From: an uncultured Sphingomonadaceae bacterium
GTDB lineage: Bacteria; Pseudomonadota; Alphaproteobacteria; Sphingomonadales; Sphingomonadaceae
Assembly: GCA_964467715.1 (NCBI GenBank)
Contig: CAYXTJ010000002.1
Location: 1-57,311 of the forward strand
Length of the DNA: 57,311 nt
Direction: 5' to 3'
Both the position numbers and the translations under genes were made by a program. The first letter of the stretch is position 1; each line of letters starts with the position of its first letter. The notes beneath the pieces are model-generated. The model had not been told where the DNA came from, ran no database searches, and saw only the letters and a list, made by a program, of their open reading frames with translations. Shown one piece after another: positions 51,344 to 57,311 of the stretch.

Positions 51344-51783
51344 AGCGGATCGACATTTTCACGGACGGCGCCTGCAAGGGCAATCCCGGCCCCGGCGGCT
51401 GGGGCGCGATCCTGCGCATGGGCGCGCATGAAAAGGAAATGTCCGGCGGCGAGCCGGAGACGACCAATAACCGTATGGAAATGATGGCCGTGATCAAGGC
51501 GCTCAACGCCTTGAAGGAACCGTGCGATGTCACCGTGCATACCGACAGCCGCTATGTGATCGACGGCATGACCAAATGGCTTGCCGGATGGCTGAAGCGC
51601 GGCTGGAAGAACGCTGCCAAGCAGCCGGTCAAGAATGACGATCTGTGGCGCGCGATGATGGAAGCTGTCGCGCCGCACAAGGTGCGCTGGCAATGGGTCA
51701 AAGGCCACGCGGGCCACGCTGAAAACGAAAGGGCCGACCGCCTGGCCAGCGATGCTGCTGACGAGGCTGGCCGGCCCGTTTAA
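51340..51783 (+). CDS. rnhA: Ribonuclease HI
   Basis: [45 protein letters not shown]. Confidence 0.97.
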   Translation: MKRIDIFTDGACKGNPGPGGWGAILRMGAHEKEMSGGEPETTNNRMEMMAVIKALNALKEPCDVTVHTDSRYVIDGMTKWLAGWLKRGWKNAAKQPVKNDDLWRAMMEAVAPHKVRWQWVKGHAGHAENERADRLASDAADEAGRPV

Positions 51784-51809
51784 CGCCCTGTGGCGTCAGG
51801 CTGATCGGA

Positions 51810-51986
51810 TCAGCTGTTGTCTTCGATCGGCGCGTCCGGGCCGTTCTTCTTGATCGAAGCGATGGCGTTCTCGGCACTTGCCTTTGACGAATAGCCCTGT
51901 GTGGAGAACATCACTTCGGAATTGTAGCTGAAGCGGGCGCGATATTCGTCTGCCTTGTCTTTGTAGATTTCGAACTTGTGAGCCAT
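51810..51986 (-). CDS. YegP/DUF1508 (UPF0339) family small protein, 58 aa
   Basis: Not in the ORF track. Manual translation MAHKFEIYKDKADEYRARFSYNSEVMFSTQGYSSKASAENAIASIKKNGPDAPIEDNS; RBS AAGGAG. Confidence 0.88.
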   Translation of the reverse strand: MAHKFEIYKDKADEYRARFSYNSEVMFSTQGYSSKASAENAIASIKKNGPDAPIEDNS

Positions 51987-52046
51987 TTCCCGTCTCCTTC
52001 GGATTCATTCGATCACCGAACCCAACGCCTTGCGTTGATTTGGCTA

Positions 52047-52311
52047 GGCCGCGTGGTCAAATTCCGCGGAGTCACGGCCAGAAGAGAAGCCACCAGTTCA
52101 AGGAGCGAGGACGAAGGACATGCTGGCATATTCAAGGACGAGCGACGCGGAAATGGCGGTTTTCTCGTCTGGCCCCGGAGGGGTTCGGCCCGGATCCGCC
52201 CTCGCGGCGTTGCGAACGCTTGAAAATGCGGTGCATTTCCTGCGCGTCCGCGCCTTTCGAGGACCAATCCGGACGCGAACCGTGATCCTCGGGGAATTCG
52301 TCCACGCGGCC
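52047..52311. mobile_element. MITE-like non-autonomous element, 265 bp
   Basis: Terminal inverted repeats GGCCGCGTGG(T/A)C(A/G)AATTCC(G/C)CG match at 19 of 22 positions and continue to TCACGG. TA flanks both ends (CTAG at 52044 and 52311). Two internal hairpin modules; no transposase. Confidence 0.8.
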
Positions 52312-53408
52312 TAGGAAAAGCGTTCCGGATCATAAGGCGCAGCGTCAATTCCCTGCGTCATGTCATCGCGCGGCTGGCCAAGCAGCAGCTGCGCACCAAG
52401 CCGCGCGGCGGCAGGCGCTGTCTGGATGCCGAAGCCGCCCTGCCCGGCAAACCAGAAGAATGCCGGCTGGCGCACGTCGCGGCCATAGACCGGCAAGCGG
52501 TCAGGCGCGAAGGTGCGCAGGCCCGCCCACTTCTTCTCCAGCGCCTCGATTTTCCAGTCGACCACGTTCTCCAGCCGGTCCACCGCAAAGGCAACGTCCA
52601 GCTCCTCGGCAGCCGCATCGCACGGCGCGCTGGGTGTCTCGTCATGCGGGCTGAGCCATAGCCGCGCATTCTCGGGTTTGAAGTAGAAGGATCCGTCGAT
52701 TCCCAGAACCAGCGGCAGATCCTTGTCGGGCGCGGGATCGACGCGCAGCTGCACCACCGTGCGGCGATAGGGGATGATGCCGAGCGGCTGCACACCGGAA
52801 AGTTCCGCGACCGGATCAGCCCAGGCCCCTGCCGCATTCACAAGTATTCCGGCGCTGACCTGCGCGCCATTGGCGAAATGGACAGACCACTGCCCGTCCG
52901 CCCATTGCGCAGAGGAAAGTGCGTGGCCAGTGCGCAGCTCTGCGCCCGCCCGCTTCGCGAGCGAAAGGTATTGCTGGTGCACGCCGCCCACGTCGATATC
53001 CGCGCAGTGTTCCTCCCAGATCGCTTCCACCCAGCGCGGCAGCAGGCCCGCCACCCGCCGTTCCAGCGCGGCGCGGTCAAGCCGGGTGATCGAGACGCCG
53101 GTTCCGGCAAAGTCCCGCTCGAACCTATCGAGCTGGTCGAGCTGCTCTGCCGTGGCGAGATGCAAGGCGCCGCGCTGGTGCAGGAAACCGTTTTCGCGGA
53201 ACCACTGGCCCGATGCCAGCGTCAGCGGCACCACGCCCGGCCCGCCATAGCATTCATCCCAGAAGGCGGCCGACCTGCCCGTGGCGTGATAGCCCGGCGT
53301 ACGCTCGGCCTCCGCCAGCAAGACGCGGGCATGAGGCGCCAGCTCCGCAGCGATGCTGGCACCGGCCATGCCGGCACCGATCACGACAATGTCGAAGGCT
53401 TCACTCAA
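52311..53408 (-). CDS. FAD-dependent oxidoreductase (DAO/glycine oxidase family)
   Basis: VIGAGMAGAS, TGRSAA, VNAAGAWAD, WAGLRTFAPD..PV.G, GQGGFGIQ; TTG start overlapping the upstream stop. Confidence 0.9.
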   Translation of the reverse strand: MSEAFDIVVIGAGMAGASIAAELAPHARVLLAEAERTPGYHATGRSAAFWDECYGGPGVVPLTLASGQWFRENGFLHQRGALHLATAEQLDQLDRFERDFAGTGVSITRLDRAALERRVAGLLPRWVEAIWEEHCADIDVGGVHQQYLSLAKRAGAELRTGHALSSAQWADGQWSVHFANGAQVSAGILVNAAGAWADPVAELSGVQPLGIIPYRRTVVQLRVDPAPDKDLPLVLGIDGSFYFKPENARLWLSPHDETPSAPCDAAAEELDVAFAVDRLENVVDWKIEALEKKWAGLRTFAPDRLPVYGRDVRQPAFFWFAGQGGFGIQTAPAAARLGAQLLLGQPRDDMTQGIDAAPYDPERFS

Positions 53409-54358
53409 TTGGCGGCAACCCTGCCCAGGAATGCATCGATGGCGGCCAGTGCCGTGAGCCGCACGGGATCGGCTTCACGCAGTATCTCATGTGCGGCCTC
53501 CTTTCCCATTTCGAGCAGCTCGCAATCGGGAATGTGGCGAGCGGCGTGGCGACAGGCCGGGGCCGATACCAGCCTGTCATGCGCGGTGCAAAGCAGGAAT
53601 ACCGGCATGTCCACTTGTGCCAGCATCGCCGGATCATCCAGCAGCCGCATCGATCTTGTGGCGGCCAGCACCCAGCCCCAGCTGCCCGGACCCATCACGA
53701 TCTCGGGCCGATTCTCGCGCCACCAGCCCTCATCGGCATAGCGATCATCGTCATGCGTCAGCAGCGTCTGGCGCCCGAGTGGCAGCTGGCCGGGCTTTTC
53801 GCTCCACTTCCATGCCGGGCGGCGCGGATCGCCGATGATCGTCATCAGCTTTGCCGAAGCTTCCTGCAGCCACAAGGGCACAAACAGCGGGTGGGTGCCG
53901 AGCATGGGCGCGGAAAGCACCAGTGCATCGGGAGCGGGCATCAGCACCTTTTCGGCTGCCGCGCGCAGCACAAGGTGCCCGCCCATCGAATGGCCTGCCA
54001 GCACCAGTGGGCCGCTGCGGCTTCTGGCCCATTCGGCCCAGAATTCCGCAAGATCAGCCACCCACAACGCAAAATCATCTATGTGGCCAGTAACCGGATC
54101 ATTACCGAGACGGCCCGATGCTGCCTGTCCCCGCCAATCTGCCGCAGTCACCTGCCAACCCTGCAACCGCCAGCGTTCAAAGCTTTCGAGGTATTTTTCA
54201 TAGGCGTCCCCCCGCCCCGGCATGAACAGCATCGCGCCTCGCCGCGGCACGTCATCCGGCCGTGCAGGCCATTCGATATGGCGCACCTTGTGCCCGTCAG
54301 CCGCCTGCCAGTGGCCCTCGACAGCGCCTGCTGGAATGGACCTGGGATCGAACTGCAC
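53405..54358 (-). CDS. Alpha/beta hydrolase, lysophospholipase (PldB-like)
   Basis: PGRGD..EKY, DWRGQ..S, GHSMGG, LSAPM, D.LV, HEILRE. Confidence 0.9.
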   Translation of the reverse strand: MQFDPRSIPAGAVEGHWQAADGHKVRHIEWPARPDDVPRRGAMLFMPGRGDAYEKYLESFERWRLQGWQVTAADWRGQAASGRLGNDPVTGHIDDFALWVADLAEFWAEWARSRSGPLVLAGHSMGGHLVLRAAAEKVLMPAPDALVLSAPMLGTHPLFVPLWLQEASAKLMTIIGDPRRPAWKWSEKPGQLPLGRQTLLTHDDDRYADEGWWRENRPEIVMGPGSWGWVLAATRSMRLLDDPAMLAQVDMPVFLLCTAHDRLVSAPACRHAARHIPDCELLEMGKEAAHEILREADPVRLTALAAIDAFLGRVAAN

Positions 54359-54468
54359 GGCAATGCCCCCTGCACGTGATGAATATCAACGCCTCGCCCT
54401 TGGTTACTATTTGGTAAGCCATGGGCGCTAGCAATCGAAATGCAAGGGGAACCTTCGGGAATTTTCGA

Positions 54469-54748
54469 ATGCTGGACGATCCAATCAAGTACGCACTGCT
54501 CGCCGCATTGGCAATCGCACTGCTTATTGCTGCGTTTACCGATCTCAAGAGCCGCAAGCTGGATTGCGCCGGGACACTTCCTCAACCTGCTGATCATGAT
54601 GGCCCTGCTGGGCGGCGTTCTGACGCTGGTCTTCGGTGGCTGGCACGTCATTCGCAAGCAGCGCGAGAAGATCGCCATCCCTTGCGGAGAGACCATTGCC
54701 GCCTCGGGCCTGTGGGTCATCGCATCATTCTACGTACCGGCATCCGCC
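54469..54748 (+). pseudogene. cpaA: Prepilin peptidase CpaA/TadV (A24) pseudogene with internal deletion and frameshift
   Basis: MLDDPIKYALLAALAIALLIAAFTDLKSRK, then a frame change near 54559 to WIAPGHFLNLLIMMALLGGVLTL...IPCG.TIA. The middle part with the GGGD motif is absent, and the usual PYG reads PCG. Confidence 0.8.
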
Positions 54749-55029
54749 ATCCAGAACTTGGCCTATCGCGTGGACCTCGATGCGGTGCGTGGCGTGGTGA
54801 CCACGATGATCCAGACCGAACGCTACGGTACGCCGCTGGCAGCGGCCTGAGCGTGCTGTCGGCCAAATTCCGCAACCAGCGCATGATGCGTACCGAAGAA
54901 AAAGTCGCGCGCCTTCCGGTGATCACGATCGTGCCGCTGATCCTGTTCATCCTGCCGGTGCTGTCCATCGTGATCCTTGGTCCGGGTGGATGTTCCATCA
55001 CGGATGCCTTCGTGGGGGAGGTGCTCTAG
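54749..55029 (+). pseudogene. tadC: TadC (type II secretion F family) 3' fragment with frameshift
   Basis: NLAYRVDLDAVRGVVTTMIQTERYGTPLA, frameshift near 54840, then LSVLSAKFRNQRMMRTEEKVARLP...VPLILFILPVL.IVILGP. Confidence 0.85.
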
Positions 55030-55061
55030 ATACGCGGCGCCCGCGGGCGCACCGTTCAAAC

Positions 55062-55101
55062 AAAAAGGCCCCGCCAGGCCTATGCCGGGCGGGGCCTTTT
55101 T
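55062..55101. terminator. Bidirectional rho-independent terminator
   Basis: AAAAAGGCCCCGCC-N12-GGCGGGGCCTTTTT between the convergent tadC remnant and the MarR gene. Confidence 0.88.
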
Positions 55102-55128
55102 CGTTTGGGACCGAAACAGCTCGGTGGT

Positions 55129-55608
55129 TCAGGCCACGCCGATGTTGCCCGAATCAATCCCGTCGCTGTCGATTTCATCCAGCTGCACGCGAACGCGCTC
55201 AAGGATGGAGCGAAACTGGTTCAGCTCCTCATCGGAAAAACCGGCGAAAACCCGCCGTTCCATTTCGACTGCAAGCGGCATGATCAGCCCGTGCATGTCC
55301 TTGCCCGATTCGGTCAGGCCGAGGTGGTGCGAACGGCCATCCTGTTCATTGGGCGTGCGTGCGGCAAGGCCGCGTTCTTCCAGGACCTTGCAGGCGCGGT
55401 TCACCGCCACCTTGTCCATAAGCGTGCGCTGGGTGAGTTCGCGCTGGGTGAGCGAGCCCGCATCCCCCAGCACCGCCATCACGCGCCATTCGGGCACGCT
55501 GAGACCATGACGCTGGCGATATTCCTGGGCAATGCGTCCGCTGACCGCGTTCGAGGTGATCGAAAGCTGGTATGGCAGGAATCTGGCAAGTGGTGTTGTC
55601 GGTTGCAT
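55129..55608 (-). CDS. MarR family transcriptional regulator
   Basis: FLPYQLS, LSVPEWRVMAVL, MDKVAVNRA, DGRS..L.LT..G. Start is ATG 55608 or TTG 55614. Confidence 0.92.
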   Translation of the reverse strand: MQPTTPLARFLPYQLSITSNAVSGRIAQEYRQRHGLSVPEWRVMAVLGDAGSLTQRELTQRTLMDKVAVNRACKVLEERGLAARTPNEQDGRSHHLGLTESGKDMHGLIMPLAVEMERRVFAGFSDEELNQFRSILERVRVQLDEIDSDGIDSGNIGVA

Positions 55609-55656
55609 AGGCAACTACCTTGTGACTTCCTTACGATTATTGCAACCCATTGTCGT

Positions 55657-56556
55657 TTAGTCGCCTTGCCGCGCAACATTTGCAAGCTTGCGGCGTGCAA
55701 TTGCATCAAGCCGGGACACTGCAGCCTGATCCCACGCGTCCGGCGCGGTGATAATGGCGATGTCCTGCACCGTATCGATCGGGCTGGCCTTGCGGGCCTT
55801 GGGAAGGCCTGCTGCCAGATAAGACAACGTGGCCCGCGCGGTTTCCGCATTGGCGCGCATCACGGCAAGGATATCGGTCACGTCCACATCCGCGGTCTCG
55901 TCGCGCCAGCAATCGTAATCCGTCACCATGCCGAGCAGCGCATAGGGAAGCTCCGCCTCGCGCGCGAGGCGCGCCTCTGGCATGGCCGTCATGCCGATGA
56001 CATGGGCGTTCCAGCTGCGGTAGAGATGGCTTTCGGCGCGGGTGGAGAATTGCGGCCCCTCGATGGCAACATAGGTTCCGCCGACGTGAACCTTGGCCCC
56101 GGCCTTTTCGGCAGCCTTGGCGGCATGGCCCGAGAGCCGAGGACAGACCGGATCCGCGATAGGTACATGGGCCACAATGCCGTTGCCGAAGAAGGAGCGT
56201 TCGCGCCCCGCCGTGCGGTCAATAAGCTGATCCACCGCCACGAAGTCACCCGGCGCCATGTCTTCCTGCAGCGAGCCGATGGCAGAGATCGCCAGTACAT
56301 CGGTGACACCGCAGCGCTTGAGCACGTCGACATTCGCACGATAGTTCACGTGCGACGGCGACAGAGCGTGGCCCGGCCCGTGCCGCGCGATGAAGGTAAA
56401 GCGCACGCCTTGCAGGTAGCCGGTTGTTACCGGACCGGACGGTTCGCCAAATGCGCTCTCGACCGGGATTTCCTGCGCATCGTCGAGCGCTCCCGGCTCG
56501 TACAGACCGGAGCCGCCGATAACCCCGATATGCCATTCGGATTGCCTGACCACCAT
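55657..56556 (-). CDS. mtnP: S-methyl-5'-thioadenosine phosphorylase
   Basis: IGVIGGSGLY, RHG..H, NYRAN, EGPQFSTRAES, IGMT.MPEA.LAREA, VTDYDCW. Confidence 0.93.
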   Translation of the reverse strand: MVVRQSEWHIGVIGGSGLYEPGALDDAQEIPVESAFGEPSGPVTTGYLQGVRFTFIARHGPGHALSPSHVNYRANVDVLKRCGVTDVLAISAIGSLQEDMAPGDFVAVDQLIDRTAGRERSFFGNGIVAHVPIADPVCPRLSGHAAKAAEKAGAKVHVGGTYVAIEGPQFSTRAESHLYRSWNAHVIGMTAMPEARLAREAELPYALLGMVTDYDCWRDETADVDVTDILAVMRANAETARATLSYLAAGLPKARKASPIDTVQDIAIITAPDAWDQAAVSRLDAIARRKLANVARQGD

Positions 56557-56585
56557 TGCCTGCCCTTCCCCGCTTCAGGCCGGTA

Positions 56586-57311
56586 TCAGCGCGGTGCCAT
56601 GCGGATACCGCCATCAAGGCGCACCGCTTCACCGTTGAAATAGCCGTTCTCGACCATGGTCATCACCAGATTGGCATATTCCTCCGGCTTGCCCAGCCGC
56701 TTCGGGAAAGGGACCGAGGCAGACAGCGCGTCCTGCACGTTCTGCGGCAGACCGGCGAGCAGCGGCGTGTTGAAGATGCCGGGCAGAATGGTGTTGATGC
56801 GGATGCCTTCGGACATGAAATCGCGCGCGATCGGCAGGGTCATGCCCAGCACACCGCCCTTGGATGCGGAATAGGCGACCTGGCCGATCTGCCCATCCAC
56901 CGCGGCAACGCTGGCGGTGCAGACAATCGCGCCGCGCTCGCCATCCTCAAGCCCGTCCAGCGTCATCATCCCGGCTGCAGACTTGGCCACACACTGGAAG
57001 GTGCCGACGAGGTTTACCTTCAGCGTCTTGGCGAACAGTTCCACCGGCAGGTGGCTGGTCGCCCCTGTCTCCTTGTCACGGCGAATCGTCTTTCCGATAG
57101 TGCCGATCCCGGCACAGCAGACCAGCACCCGCTCCTGCCCGTGGGCTGCGCGCACAGCAGCGAAACCGGCATCCACCGATGCCTCGTCCGACACGTCCAC
57201 CTTGCAGAAAGTGCCGCAGATATCAGCTGCCACCTGTTGCCCGCGTTCCTCATTCAGATCGAACAGGGCAACCTTCGCCCCCTTGGCTGCCAGCGCCCTT
57301 GCGCTTGCCTC
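56586..57311 (-). CDS. SDR oxidoreductase, 3-hydroxyacyl-CoA dehydrogenase type 2 (HSD10)-like; N-terminus beyond window
   Basis: Frame stays open to the window edge (EASARALAAKGAKVALFD...); CAGI, TASVAA.DGQIGQ.AYSASKGG, PFPKRLG, RLDG.IRM. Confidence 0.92.
   Translation of the reverse strand, partial: EASARALAAKGAKVALFDLNEERGQQVAADICGTFCKVDVSDEASVDAGFAAVRAAHGQERVLVCCAGIGTIGKTIRRDKETGATSHLPVELFAKTLKVNLVGTFQCVAKSAAGMMTLDGLEDGERGAIVCTASVAAVDGQIGQVAYSASKGGVLGMTLPIARDFMSEGIRINTILPGIFNTPLLAGLPQNVQDALSASVPFPKRLGKPEEYANLVMTMVENGYFNGEAVRLDGGIRMAPR

Noticed and set aside
51978-52348. Short ORFs across the MITE (51978-52223, 52013-52348, 52040-52285, 52120-52314)
   Set aside because: No transposase or other motif; the region is better explained as a non-coding inverted-repeat element.
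54421-55029. 202-aa ORF as an intact membrane protein
   Set aside because: Two frameshifts happen to compensate. The middle of this ORF is out-of-frame nonsense, while the CpaA/TadC similarity lies in another frame. Treated as a pseudogene scar.
55105-56643. 512-aa plus-strand ORF
   Set aside because: Antisense to the MarR gene and mtnP; no motifs.

Overview
High-GC alphaproteobacterial chromosome segment. Gene content and order point to Sphingomonadales, most likely Erythrobacteraceae (inferred from protein sequences and synteny, not from a database search). Most of the window is core genome: the start of the dcw cluster (mraZ-rsmH-ftsL-ftsI-murE-murF-mraY-murD-ftsW-murG', minus strand), cysK/fdx/alkA, ccmAB, map, an M17 aminopeptidase-SH3-argC unit, glnB-glnA with two NtrC-type sites and a sigma54 promoter, tamA-tamB, bpt, ilvA, argS-SPOR-nagZ-scpA-scpB-tatABC, ispH-thrB-rnhA, mtnP and an SDR. 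I saw no rRNA, tRNA, CRISPR array, transposase, integrase or prophage block. The most unusual signals are: (1) a 265-bp non-coding MITE-like element (52047-52311) with terminal inverted repeats, a TA duplication and two oppositely oriented hairpin modules sharing a core motif; (2) two oppositely oriented 10-bp-period NGGGA arrays flanking the AT-rich region upstream of mraZ, one inside the upstream CDS; (3) a cpaA'-'tadC pseudogene scar that records deletion of most of a Tad/Cpa pilus locus; (4) an orphan two-domain immunity-like protein next to a stand-alone GH24 lysozyme after glnA; (5) a secreted G8/beta-helix protein of the CEMIP/TMEM2 type; (6) a DUF123-like GIY-YIG nuclease coupled to ccmB. 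All family assignments come from motif recognition by eye and need HMM or structure confirmation.
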